From a virus, in IMG/VR virus record IMGVR_UViG_3300027756_000004: 64,000 bases of DNA. One strand, given 5' to 3'. This document shows positions 43,822 through 53,424 of this stretch, piece by piece. The notes beneath the pieces were generated by a model. It was not told where the DNA came from and ran no database searches. It saw nothing but the letters and a program-made list of their open reading frames with translations. Position numbers and translations under genes: made by a program. Position 1 is the stretch's first letter. The number at the start of each line of letters is the position of its first letter.

Positions 43822-45282
43822 CTATAGACTGAGGTTCCAGGTGCCTTTACGATATTCACCCTCAAAGCTCAACAACCAAGTGGCACCGTTCCATTTGTAC
43901 TGCACTCCGGTGTTAAGATTGGTAACGAATTTGAATGAGACCGTTGAATCTTCAGAATTGGAATTCACGCTGGCATCAAACAATATGTTCCATTGAGTAC
44001 CATTCCATTCTATAATGTCATTGGTTTGAGCCACTAGATCTACACCACCAGTGGACTTCCAAGCATCTGCACCATCTACTTGACCAACAGCGCCTATGTC
44101 ACTTAAAATCAATAATCTTAATCCTGTAATTTTGATTGCTGTAGGATTGAATGTGGCTGGATCTATAATATAATCCACTGTGCCTCTGGTGCTTACTCCG
44201 TTGAATAGTGTGTTGGTTGGAATAGTGTCTGGATCCCAATTCACAATTAATTGATTTTCATTGAGACTGTTGACAGCAAATGTACCTGACACAGTGCCAA
44301 CTATGTCTGCTCTGTCTAAAAGTATTCTGCTGATGCCTGCTTGATACACTCCAGGATATAGATCCATCACCATCTTCCAATTGGTTTGACCCAGTATTCC
44401 TTTGTCCACTATTTGAACCACGCTATTAAGAACCACTATGTCATAACCACCCGCACTAGTTAAATCCACAGCATCTGCATCTGTTCTAACAGCTTTACTC
44501 ATATTAACTTTGCCGTCAGCAGTGGTATTAATATCTGATTTAGCACTATTAGCCACTCCATCTTCGTATGCTTTCAGCTCAGGCATACTCATTCCTAAAT
44601 CAATATCTCCTGATTCCTCATTGAATATGCTGGTGACAATTTTTGTAATCACTCCTAATTTTTTTACTTTGGTTGGCGGACTGATAAAAATAGGAGTTGT
44701 AAATTGTAGTGTGGCAATGTCTATCTCGCTTTCTGTGCCTGTGGGTATACCTCTTGAACTAAAAGTTATTCCATTAAGATCCAACACAGTCAAACTGGTC
44801 CAGTCCACATAATTATCTGTGGTTTGCAGTTCTAAACTGGGATTGAACAACATTAAAACTTGTTCTAATATTTGTAATTTTTGATCTGTATTAGTGGACC
44901 ATACATCAACATTCACTCCCAATGTGTAAGGAGTTGGCATCAATCTTTCTACTGTGTAATTTGCTCCTTGGATATTTAAATATTCTTTGTTATTGCTGTC
45001 AAAGGCTCTTTCTCTCACATGCAATTTGCTCACATATGAAGCATCAGCAGTACGTGTGCGATCCATTTCTAATGTGGTTACATACACTGCCATTCTAGGA
45101 GCACTGGGAATTTTATTTTCACTGTTGTCTCTAATAATATTTGCCACTTGTCTAGTAAGGTCACCATACATCACAGGTATGGTGGTCAACGCACCTTTGC
45201 CGTCTTTATAGGCAAAATTACTCATTAATCTCACAATTTGAGTGATGTACCTACGTATCTGTCCGTCGTAAAAAAATTGCAT
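43822..45282 (-). CDS. Tail sheath stabilizer / tail terminator (T4 gp15-like) with C-terminal extension
   Basis: FFYD.QIRRY..Q...F..F, IPV.YG, PRMA.....L..D..R, P.PY.L....D.W..NTDQKLQILEQ.L.LFNP. Confidence 0.75.
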   Translation of the reverse strand: MQFFYDGQIRRYITQIVRLMSNFAYKDGKGALTTIPVMYGDLTRQVANIIRDNSENKIPSAPRMAVYVTTLEMDRTRTADASYVSKLHVRERAFDSNNKEYLNIQGANYTVERLMPTPYTLGVNVDVWSTNTDQKLQILEQVLMLFNPSLELQTTDNYVDWTSLTVLDLNGITFSSRGIPTGTESEIDIATLQFTTPIFISPPTKVKKLGVITKIVTSIFNEESGDIDLGMSMPELKAYEDGVANSAKSDINTTADGKVNMSKAVRTDADAVDLTSAGGYDIVVLNSVVQIVDKGILGQTNWKMVMDLYPGVYQAGISRILLDRADIVGTVSGTFAVNSLNENQLIVNWDPDTIPTNTLFNGVSTRGTVDYIIDPATFNPTAIKITGLRLLILSDIGAVGQVDGADAWKSTGGVDLVAQTNDIIEWNGTQWNILFDASVNSNSEDSTVSFKFVTNLNTGVQYKWNGATWLLSFEGEYRKGTWNLSL

Positions 45283-45284
45283 GA

Positions 45285-46442
45285 TTAATTGTCCGCTTTA
45301 GGTTTTAATGCTGTTGTTAAACTTTGACGTTGATCTGTAGTTACGCCCGCCACTGTGGTGGTATTAGTGTTGTTAATAAATCCTGTTTTTTGTGTATTTC
45401 TATTATTGGTATTGGTCAATGTCATTCGCACTGCATCTTCCATTTTAACCCAACGTGTACCATCATATCTGAATAATCTATTGGGTAAAAAATCAGTGCG
45501 TAAAAAATAATTGCCTTTTTCAGATCCTTGTGGAAATCCTATGCCGTGGCCAAATACTTCACCATTGGGAGCAAAACCATCTCCCAAAAGATAACCTTGA
45601 TATCCAAGTTTGTCTGGAGTTTGATTGATTCTATCAGCTAAAACATTAGCAGTGCTGGCATCTAAATTATTCATGTCTGTGGTCACTAACTCAGGCTTCC
45701 CTTGATCATCCACCTGTAACGTATATAGGTGTTTGGTGTTATAACCACTTTTGGATATATCTGCCTCTGCTTGAGCTACCACTGCTTGATTGATCTGCAT
45801 CTCTTTTTCATATGTGCTTAACACATCTCTCAGTGTGTTTGTGCTGCCTTCTTCTGCAGGTAAATCTAATATCTCTTTGAATTCTTGGCTGTCTACTATC
45901 TGTTTAAGTTTAAGTCTATAAAGATGTGGATACCAAGTGGGCGAAAATCCTTCTGCTGCTCTGTTAATATCTTGTATTACATAAAATCTTTTGAGTGAGA
46001 CTTGGTAGTCATTTAAAGCGTATTGGTCTTTTAAATGAGGTAATTCAATCACATCTCCTGACATCAACTTTCTACCAATGGTTTTTACACTACTGTTGAT
46101 ATGCACAGTTAAGAAAACAGTGTCATTCTGCAAGAATAGACCAAACTGACTCATGTCAAAGTCAATGTCATTCACATTGTATATGCCTCTGATCTGATAG
46201 ATATTAGGATCATATTTTCTATCCCTATTTTCTAAGAATAGTAGGTCTTGTATGTTGGTTTCTTTCACTGAGTTGTAGTTGGGCTGTGTGGCTGTGGCAT
46301 CACCCTCACTGGTGTTCACAGGACCAAGGTATTTGTGTACAAACACATCGGTACCACCCACAGTAAACATTTCAGCTATGGTTTGGTCTAAAAATGCGTA
46401 ATCTTGACCCTTTTCTGGCTTGTACAAACTTAATCTAGGCAT
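45285..46442 (-). CDS. Neck / head-closure protein (T4 gp14-like)
   Basis: G.DV.V, DLLFLE.RDR.Y, SQFGL...D......H......GR...GDVI.LP pattern; lies between the gp13-like and gp15-like genes. Confidence 0.6.
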   Translation of the reverse strand: MPRLSLYKPEKGQDYAFLDQTIAEMFTVGGTDVFVHKYLGPVNTSEGDATATQPNYNSVKETNIQDLLFLENRDRKYDPNIYQIRGIYNVNDIDFDMSQFGLFLQNDTVFLTVHINSSVKTIGRKLMSGDVIELPHLKDQYALNDYQVSLKRFYVIQDINRAAEGFSPTWYPHLYRLKLKQIVDSQEFKEILDLPAEEGSTNTLRDVLSTYEKEMQINQAVVAQAEADISKSGYNTKHLYTLQVDDQGKPELVTTDMNNLDASTANVLADRINQTPDKLGYQGYLLGDGFAPNGEVFGHGIGFPQGSEKGNYFLRTDFLPNRLFRYDGTRWVKMEDAVRMTLTNTNNRNTQKTGFINNTNTTTVAGVTTDQRQSLTTALKPKADN

Positions 46443-46447
46443 GCGTA

Positions 46448-46478
46448 TATTTATTCATGCATACTCCATTGATAAATA
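46448..46478. promoter_or_regulatory. Back-to-back late promoters for the divergent gp14 (-) and gp13 (+) operons
   Basis: ATAAATA on the minus strand at 46448-46454 and GATAAATA on the plus strand at 46471-46478. Confidence 0.7.
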
Positions 46479-46496
46479 TGTTATAGGATACACACA

Positions 46497-47255
46497 ATGA
46501 GCGATTTGCAAACACAACGTCAAGAGATATACGATTTTGTTAAAAACATGCTGGGCGGTGGCATGGTTGAAGTGGAGCTAGATCCCAGCCATTATGAGAC
46601 CGCTTTAACTAGAACCTTAGGCAGATATAGACAAAGATCTGACAACTCAGTGGAGGAAAGTTATATTTTTTTAAACACAGTCTTGGATCAAAACAGTTAC
46701 ACATTGGCCAATGAAATTATGGAAGTAAAACAACTGTTTAGAAGATCCGTAGGATCACGTTCAGGTGGTGGAGACGGTGGCACATTGTTTGAACCTTTCA
46801 ATTTGGCCTACACCAACACCTATCTTTTGTCCAGCAGTAATCTTGGTGGCATAGCTACCTACAATATGTTTTCACAATATCAAGAATTGGTGGGTAGAAT
46901 GTTTGGTAGTTTTATAGAGTTCAAATGGAATCCAACCACAAAAGTATTAACACTGTTACAAAGACCCAGAGCCAACGAAACTTTGCTGTTGTCTGCATAC
47001 AATTTCAGACCTGAAAGTCAATTGTTACAGGATTACAAAGCTAGAGAATGGATCAAAAGTTACACACTGGCAAACTGCAAATACATGTTGGGTGAAGCTA
47101 GATCCAAATTCAACACAGTGGCTGGTCCACAAGGTGGTACTACCTTAAATGGGGACAGTCTTAAAGCCGAAGCACAAGCAGAAATGGACAGATTGGACGC
47201 AGAACTGGCCACGCAAATGGCTGGCGGCGTTGGCTATCACTTCACAATTGGTTAA
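46497..47255 (+). CDS. Neck / head-tail adaptor protein (T4 gp13-like)
   Basis: LG...V.VEL...H...A...., WIK.Y.LA..K..LG..RSKF....GP.GG.TLNG..L..EA..E...L..EL. Confidence 0.8.
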   Translation: MSDLQTQRQEIYDFVKNMLGGGMVEVELDPSHYETALTRTLGRYRQRSDNSVEESYIFLNTVLDQNSYTLANEIMEVKQLFRRSVGSRSGGGDGGTLFEPFNLAYTNTYLLSSSNLGGIATYNMFSQYQELVGRMFGSFIEFKWNPTTKVLTLLQRPRANETLLLSAYNFRPESQLLQDYKAREWIKSYTLANCKYMLGEARSKFNTVAGPQGGTTLNGDSLKAEAQAEMDRLDAELATQMAGGVGYHFTIG

Positions 47256-47262
47256 AATTACA

Positions 47263-47291
47263 TTGACAATCACATAAATTTAAAGTACAAT
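47263..47291 (+). promoter_or_regulatory. Sigma70-type (early) promoter for the dNMP kinase
   Basis: TTGACA 47263-47268, 17-nt spacer, TACAAT 47286-47291. Confidence 0.8.
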
Positions 47292-47302
47292 AGTACTTTA
47301 AT

Positions 47303-47896
47303 ATGATCATCGGAATCTGTGGACTTATAGGCAGTGGCAAGGATACCATTGCAGACTATCTAGTTGAAAAACATAATTTTACAAAAATGTCATTTGCTGA
47401 CAAATTAAAAGATGCAGTGTCTCAAATGTTTGAATGGGATAGAGAATTGTTGGATGGAAAAACAGCCGCAAGTAGAAAATGGCGCGAAGAACCTGATGCA
47501 TACTGGAGCAAAGAAGTAGGCAGTGTGATCACTCCTAGGCTGGCTTTGCAAAAATTTGGCACTGAGTGCATGCGCAATGGATTCTTTGATGGCATTTGGG
47601 TCAGTTTGCTCAAGAAAAAAATTACTGAAAATCCCCACATGAATTGGGTGATTCCAGATGTGCGTTTTTTGAATGAAGCAGATATGATCAAATCAGTGAG
47701 TGGCAAAGTGTGGTGGGTTAAAAGAAGTCCCTTGCCCTTATGGTTTAAAATATATCAGGACGTAGGAGTTGAGCCTACAGACATTCATCCCAGCGAATGG
47801 GCATGGGCCACATGCAACTTTGATGCAGAATTAGACAACAACAGCACCATTGCACATCTTAGAAATCAGGTACAAGGTCTCCTTGCACCCATTTAA
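47303..47896 (+). CDS. Deoxynucleoside monophosphate kinase (T4 gp1-like)
   Basis: IIGICGLIGSGKDT P-loop, SFAD.LK, TPR..LQ..GTE..R, VIPDVRF.NE, H.SE. Confidence 0.9.
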   Translation: MIIGICGLIGSGKDTIADYLVEKHNFTKMSFADKLKDAVSQMFEWDRELLDGKTAASRKWREEPDAYWSKEVGSVITPRLALQKFGTECMRNGFFDGIWVSLLKKKITENPHMNWVIPDVRFLNEADMIKSVSGKVWWVKRSPLPLWFKIYQDVGVEPTDIHPSEWAWATCNFDAELDNNSTIAHLRNQVQGLLAPI

Positions 47897-48200
47897 TACC
47901 TTGTGCTTGTAACACTCTCTGACAGTTAGCACACACTGTTTTAAGATTATTAAATCTACAATTGTTTAGATTGCCATCCACATGAAACACATTGAATTGT
48001 TGATCATGTTTGCTTTTATATGTACACTTATCGCATTCGTTCTTTTTAATATATCCAGATTGCTGCCATTTGGGTATGCCCATGGATTTGCCTTTGTATC
48101 TAATGCACAGTTCACACTGGCTTCTGTAGAATACCTTGTTTGCTTTGTGATAATTCACAGCACAAGGGCGTTGTTTACAGGTCCTACACAAAGATCTCAT
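47859..48200 (-). CDS. Zn-finger / degenerate HNH-like protein
   Basis: Four CxxC pairs and FHVDGNLNNC...NLKTVCANC. Probable start MRSLC at 48200, 4 nt after minus-strand TAAATA 48205-48210. Confidence 0.6.
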   Translation of the reverse strand: MRSLCRTCKQRPCAVNYHKANKVFYRSQCELCIRYKGKSMGIPKWQQSGYIKKNECDKCTYKSKHDQQFNVFHVDGNLNNCRFNNLKTVCANCQRVLQAQGIKWVQGDLVPDF

Positions 48201-48308
48201 AGCGTATTTAGCTGCCCTTTTTAGGCCCTTTTTGTTGGGTTTATCAGGCATCTTTTTGAGCTATCTGAATAAATATATTCAAATAAGTCATAGATAGGAG
48301 AAAATAAT

Positions 48309-51300
48309 ATGGCACTAGTATCACCAGGCGTACAAGTTACAGTAATAGACGAAAGTTTTTATACACCAGCGGAACCAGGTACAGTTCCGATGATTTTCAT
48401 TGCCACTAGGCAAAACAAAGCAAACGCCTCAGCCACAGGCACAGCAATAGGAACCACAAAAGCCAATGCTGGAAAACCTTTCTTAATAACTTCTCAAAGA
48501 GATTTAAGTGATACTTTTGGTGATGCAGTATTTGTCACAGACTCAAACAATAATCCAATTCACGGTGGAGAAACCAACGAATATGGTTTACAAGCTGCAT
48601 ACTCTTACTTAGGAATCAGCAATAGAGCATACGTTGTAAGAGCAGACATTGACCTAGCAGAGTTAGCAGCATCAGCCTCAGCTCCTGAAGCAAATCCTGC
48701 TGCAGGCACTTATTGGTTTGACACAGGTAACACATTGTTTGGAATATTCGAATGGAACGCAAATCCAATCACTGCCACCAATGGACAAACATTTGCAAAC
48801 AAAGTACCAACAGTAGTCACTGCTACAGAATTAGATCAACTTGTAGGAGACACTGCAGGTAATGCTCCAAAAAGTTCAAGTGGAAAAATTGGTGATTATC
48901 TTATCAATGCTACCACAACATTTAATAATCTTTATTTTAAAAATTATCTTGGCACTTGGGTGCTAGTTGGCAGCAACGCTTGGAAAGCCAGTCATCCTAC
49001 AATTTTAGGTTCTGCGCAAAATCCAGGAGCACTTTCAGGAACTTTTTCAATCAATGGCACAAACATTACAGCAGTAACTTTAGGCGCACTGGTCACTGCC
49101 ATTAACGGAGCTGGCATATCAGGTGTTACAGCAGCAAGTGTCAACTCAGCGTTGGCAATATTTTCAACCACTAACAATCTTGCAATAGCACTAGTGTCAG
49201 GCACAATATTAACAACTTTAGGAATCACAGCAGGCACTTACTACATACCATCAGTGACCACTGCTTCACACACACAGGTTCCATTGTACAAATCTACAGA
49301 TGCAAATCCAAGACCTACAGGTTCTTTATGGATCAAGATTACTGCACCAAATCAAGGAGCTAGATTCAAAGTTAAAAAATTCAACGGAGTAACCAATCTA
49401 TTTGAAGATGTGGCAGCTCCATTGTACAACAGCAATGAATCAGCTGTGTACAACTTAGATAGAACAGGTGGTGGAGTCAACATACCATTGGGTGCGTTGT
49501 ATGTAAATTCCAACAACACCAGTGATGAAGTTGATTACAGAATTTTAAGAAAACAAAATGGTGGCGCTACAATTATCAAATCAAGTGTGATTACCACTCA
49601 GTTAGTAGCAGGCAATTACACATTCACAATGGCAGAGTCCAAAGTTAATCAAGAATCTTTAGATGCAGCAAAAACAATCACTTTATCTTCAGGCACTTCA
49701 AATGCAATGGCAGGAGCTTCAGGTGATGCTAACAAAATTGCAACAGCCATTAATGCAGCTGGCTTTACCAACATTCAAGCAAGTGTGGACACTTTGAATC
49801 GCATAGTGATAGCACACAATTTAGGCGGCGAAATTAAAATCACTGACACCGATGATTTATTAAGTTTAGCAGGTTTTGTAGGAGAGTCCACTGACAATCT
49901 TTACAATGATGATGCTACTGACGGGTCAACCAACCCAGTGGTATTAAGAGCATCTAATTTTAAAATATTATCATATGTAGCAGGCACAAATAATCCAACC
50001 AGTTTGACTACTGATGGTAGATTATGGTACAGCTCTGTGGTAGATGAAGTTGACATAATGTATCACAATGGTACCACTTGGAAGGGTTACAGAGATGCAG
50101 CAGCGTTTCCTAACACTGATCCAAACGGTCCAATTGTTTCAGCCACTCAACCAACTGAACAAAGCGATGAAACAGTTTTAGTGACTGGTGACATATGGAT
50201 TGACTCCAGTGATTTAGAAAACTATCCAAAAATTTACAGATGGAATTCAATCACAGCAAGATTTACAGCAGTTGACAATTCAGATCAAACCACTGAAAAT
50301 GGAATCATATTTGCTGATGCAAGATATGGAACCTCTGGCACACTCAGTGAAGATCCTGCTACCATTGTAGCATTATTGACTAGTAACTTTGTAGACTTCG
50401 ATGCTCCAGATCCAGCCTTGTATCCAAAAGGCATGTTGTTGTTCAACACACGCAGAAGCGGATTCAATGTGAAAAAATTCATGAGAAACTATGTGAATGT
50501 AAATGAGTCTAACACTAGGTTCCCAGAATCTATGTCTGCTTATTACCCACACAGATGGAAAACTGAATCTGCAAACCAAGTGAACGGCGCAGGCACATTT
50601 GGAAGAAAAGCACAAAGAGCAGTTGTGGTACAACAGTTACAAGCAATGTTGAATTCCAACGATGCTATTAGAGATGATGCATCAAGATTGTTCAACTTGA
50701 TGGCATGTCCTGCTTACCCAGAATTAATTGGAGAAATGGTAACATTAAACTATGACAGAGGTTTGACAGCTTTTGTAATAGGTGATGCTCCATTTAGATT
50801 GGCTCCAGACGCAACTTCTTTAAATGAGTGGGCCACAAACGTAAACCTTGCAGTGCAAGACAGTGATGCAGGATTAACCACACGAGATGAATACTTAGGT
50901 GTATTTTATCCATCAGGATTTACCAGTGACAACGCTGGTAGAGATGTTGTAGTTCCACCAAGTCACATGATACTTAGAACTATTGCATTGAGCGATCAAG
51001 TTTCTTATCCTTGGTTCGCACCAGCAGGTACGAGACGTGGTGGCATTACTAATGCTTCTGCAGTTGGTTTTGTAAGCTCTGAAGGCGAATTTGTGAACAC
51101 AGTATTGAATGAAGGTCAAAGAGATACATTGTACTCTTCAAATGTGAACCCAATCACAGTGATCACAGGAGCAGGTCTTGTTAACTATGGTCAAAAAACC
51201 AGAGCAAGAAATGCATCAGCATTGGACAGAATCAACGTGGCAAGATTGGTAATCTACATGAGAAGCCAGTTACAAAAATTAGCTAAACCTTATGTGTTTG

Positions 51301-51542
51301 AACCCAATGACAAAATCACTAGAGATGAAATCAAACAACAAACAGAAAGTTTATTGCTAGAGTTAGTAGGCACTAGAGCACTGTATGACTTCTTAGTCGT
51401 GTGCGATGAGAGCAACAACACTCCAGCCAGAATAGATCGTAATGAATTGTACTTGGACATAGCAATTGAACCAGTAAAAGCAGTTGAGTTCATTTACATA
51501 CCGTTACGTTTAAAAAACACAGGGGAAATATCAGGTTTATAA
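48309..51542 (+). CDS. Contractile tail sheath protein (gp18-like) with inserted domains
   Basis: MALVSPGVQV..IDES, YPWFAPAG..RG, RDTLY..NVNPI, GQKT....SALDRINVARL, FEPND..TR, VVCDESNNTP..ID.NEL..DIA..P.K..EFIYI. Confidence 0.95.
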   Translation: MALVSPGVQVTVIDESFYTPAEPGTVPMIFIATRQNKANASATGTAIGTTKANAGKPFLITSQRDLSDTFGDAVFVTDSNNNPIHGGETNEYGLQAAYSYLGISNRAYVVRADIDLAELAASASAPEANPAAGTYWFDTGNTLFGIFEWNANPITATNGQTFANKVPTVVTATELDQLVGDTAGNAPKSSSGKIGDYLINATTTFNNLYFKNYLGTWVLVGSNAWKASHPTILGSAQNPGALSGTFSINGTNITAVTLGALVTAINGAGISGVTAASVNSALAIFSTTNNLAIALVSGTILTTLGITAGTYYIPSVTTASHTQVPLYKSTDANPRPTGSLWIKITAPNQGARFKVKKFNGVTNLFEDVAAPLYNSNESAVYNLDRTGGGVNIPLGALYVNSNNTSDEVDYRILRKQNGGATIIKSSVITTQLVAGNYTFTMAESKVNQESLDAAKTITLSSGTSNAMAGASGDANKIATAINAAGFTNIQASVDTLNRIVIAHNLGGEIKITDTDDLLSLAGFVGESTDNLYNDDATDGSTNPVVLRASNFKILSYVAGTNNPTSLTTDGRLWYSSVVDEVDIMYHNGTTWKGYRDAAAFPNTDPNGPIVSATQPTEQSDETVLVTGDIWIDSSDLENYPKIYRWNSITARFTAVDNSDQTTENGIIFADARYGTSGTLSEDPATIVALLTSNFVDFDAPDPALYPKGMLLFNTRRSGFNVKKFMRNYVNVNESNTRFPESMSAYYPHRWKTESANQVNGAGTFGRKAQRAVVVQQLQAMLNSNDAIRDDASRLFNLMACPAYPELIGEMVTLNYDRGLTAFVIGDAPFRLAPDATSLNEWATNVNLAVQDSDAGLTTRDEYLGVFYPSGFTSDNAGRDVVVPPSHMILRTIALSDQVSYPWFAPAGTRRGGITNASAVGFVSSEGEFVNTVLNEGQRDTLYSSNVNPITVITGAGLVNYGQKTRARNASALDRINVARLVIYMRSQLQKLAKPYVFEPNDKITRDEIKQQTESLLLELVGTRALYDFLVVCDESNNTPARIDRNELYLDIAIEPVKAVEFIYIPLRLKNTGEISGL

Positions 51543-51548
51543 TTAACT

Positions 51549-51556
51549 TATAAATA
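51549..51556 (+). promoter_or_regulatory. T4 late promoter consensus upstream of the tail tube gene
   Basis: Exact TATAAATA followed by SD TAGGAGA. Confidence 0.8.
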
Positions 51557-51574
51557 CTATTAATAGGAGAAACA

Positions 51575-52201
51575 ATGAGTATATCTACACTATCTAAATT
51601 AACAGTACCTTTGGCCAGCAACGCAAGTGCGTCGGGTCAAGGTTTGTTGATGCCAAAACTGCAGTATCGTTTTAGAGTATCTTTGGAAAATTTTGGCGTG
51701 TCAACACCAACCACAGAATTGACAAAACAGGTGATGGACGTAACCAGACCAAATTTATCTTTTGAAAAAATTACTTTGGATGTGTACAACTCAAAAGTTT
51801 ATCTAGCTGGCAAACACACTTGGGAGCCTATCACATTAAATTTAAGAGAAGATGTCAACAACAACGTTCAAAAATTAGTGGGCGAACAGTTACAGAAACA
51901 ATTTGACTTCTTTGAACAATCCGCAGCAGCATCAGGAGCTGATTATAAATTCTTAACTAGAATTGAAATATTAGATGGTGGCAATGGCGCATTAAGTCCA
52001 AACATTCTAGAAACTTTTGAACTGTATGGTTGCTATTTAGAAAGCGCCAACTACAATTCTTTAGCTTATCAAGAAAACACACCCGTCAGCGTAACTCTAG
52101 CCATAGCCTATGATAATGCCATACAAACACCTAAAGGCACTGGCATTGGCACAGAAGTAGGCAGAACAATCAGTTCATTAGCCACAGGCGGCGGACAATA
52201 A
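51575..52201 (+). CDS. Tail tube protein (gp19-like)
   Basis: PKL.YRFRV, V.RP...F..I, Y.AGK..W..ITL...D, ET.EL.GC......Y..L.Y......V.L.I.YD; directly follows the sheath gene. Confidence 0.88.
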   Translation: MSISTLSKLTVPLASNASASGQGLLMPKLQYRFRVSLENFGVSTPTTELTKQVMDVTRPNLSFEKITLDVYNSKVYLAGKHTWEPITLNLREDVNNNVQKLVGEQLQKQFDFFEQSAAASGADYKFLTRIEILDGGNGALSPNILETFELYGCYLESANYNSLAYQENTPVSVTLAIAYDNAIQTPKGTGIGTEVGRTISSLATGGGQ

Positions 52202-52220
52202 TCCATAATTAAATTGATTC

Positions 52221-52251
52221 AAAAAAGGGGTCTTACACGGCCCCTTTTTTT
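52221..52251. terminator. Bidirectional rho-independent terminator
   Basis: AAAAAA-GGGGTC-TTACAC-GGCCCC-TTTTTTT. Confidence 0.85.
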
Positions 52252-52289
52252 ATTTACATAGCATAGATTTACAGCATATAAATAATAGC

Positions 52290-53423
52290 ATGCCTAGTTT
52301 AATCAAAGGATTTTTAGATAACGTATTCAAAGGAGCTCTCAATCCCAAAGGTAATCTAGCAGATTATCAACACGCAGCAAGGATGTTTGTGGATGATAGT
52401 TTTAGACTGGCTCCAAAACAAAAATTTTTATATCACGTATCTTTTAACATCAATGATAAAGCTGCAATTTCACTTCCTAATTTTAATTCAACAGTCACTG
52501 AAGAATTAAACATGTTGGTCAAATCAGTGGATCTACCTAAGTATTCAATCACCACCACTACCAAACAACAGTATAATAAAAAAAGAAAATTGCAAACAAG
52601 ACTGGATTATGATCCAATCACCATTGTGTTTCACGATGATAATTATGGAATAACCACTGCCATGTGGCAATTGTATTATCAATATTATTTTCGAGATGGC
52701 ACTTACAGAACTAAAGATCGCTCAGGCAATGTGAACAGCACTGTGCCTCCACAATACAGCAGAGGTAGTTTTTACAATGATGAAGAATTTAACAAATATA
52801 GATATGGATTAGATAATGATTCTTCCTATGCTTTTTTTAATTCAATACAGATATATCAGATGGCAAGAAAAAGATACACTTGTTATACCTTGGTTAATCC
52901 ATTGATTACAGCATGGCAGGGTGACACATTAGCATATGGCAACAACGACACAGCAGCAAACCAGATGACCATAGAATATGAAACAGTTTTTATCAGCAGA
53001 GGACCAGTGCAAGCTGGAATTGCTCCAAAAGGATTTGGTGGCAGACACTATGATCGATCACCCAGTCCGTTATCATTAGCTGGTGGAGGGACTCAAAGTT
53101 TACTTGGTACTGGAGGAGTCCTCAGTGGTGTTGCTGACATACTTGGTTTTGGCGGCGGTAACAGTCCGTTTTCAGACATAGAAGGATCTAATTCAAGAGG
53201 TGGAGGATCATTGTTAAAAAAAGCCATAGGCATTGCAAACGCAATTAAGAATGCTAAGAGATTAGGCAAAGATGGATTGAAGCAGGAAGGATTACAAGTG
53301 TTAAGAGGAGGACTAGAACAAATACAGAGAGGTGGAGTCAGCGGATTGGCCAACACTGTAATGCCAAAAACTAACACAGCAGCAGGCAATACCACTGTGG
53401 CAAGTTTGAAACGAGGTTTATAA
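52290..53423 (+). CDS. Baseplate tail-tube initiator/cap (gp54/gp48-like)
   Basis: Tube-fold pattern VKSVDLP........QYN.........YDPI.I.FHDD...W..Y; exact TATAAATA at 52277-52284. Confidence 0.65.
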   Translation: MPSLIKGFLDNVFKGALNPKGNLADYQHAARMFVDDSFRLAPKQKFLYHVSFNINDKAAISLPNFNSTVTEELNMLVKSVDLPKYSITTTTKQQYNKKRKLQTRLDYDPITIVFHDDNYGITTAMWQLYYQYYFRDGTYRTKDRSGNVNSTVPPQYSRGSFYNDEEFNKYRYGLDNDSSYAFFNSIQIYQMARKRYTCYTLVNPLITAWQGDTLAYGNNDTAANQMTIEYETVFISRGPVQAGIAPKGFGGRHYDRSPSPLSLAGGGTQSLLGTGGVLSGVADILGFGGGNSPFSDIEGSNSRGGGSLLKKAIGIANAIKNAKRLGKDGLKQEGLQVLRGGLEQIQRGGVSGLANTVMPKTNTAAGNTTVASLKRGL

Positions 53424-53424
53424 T

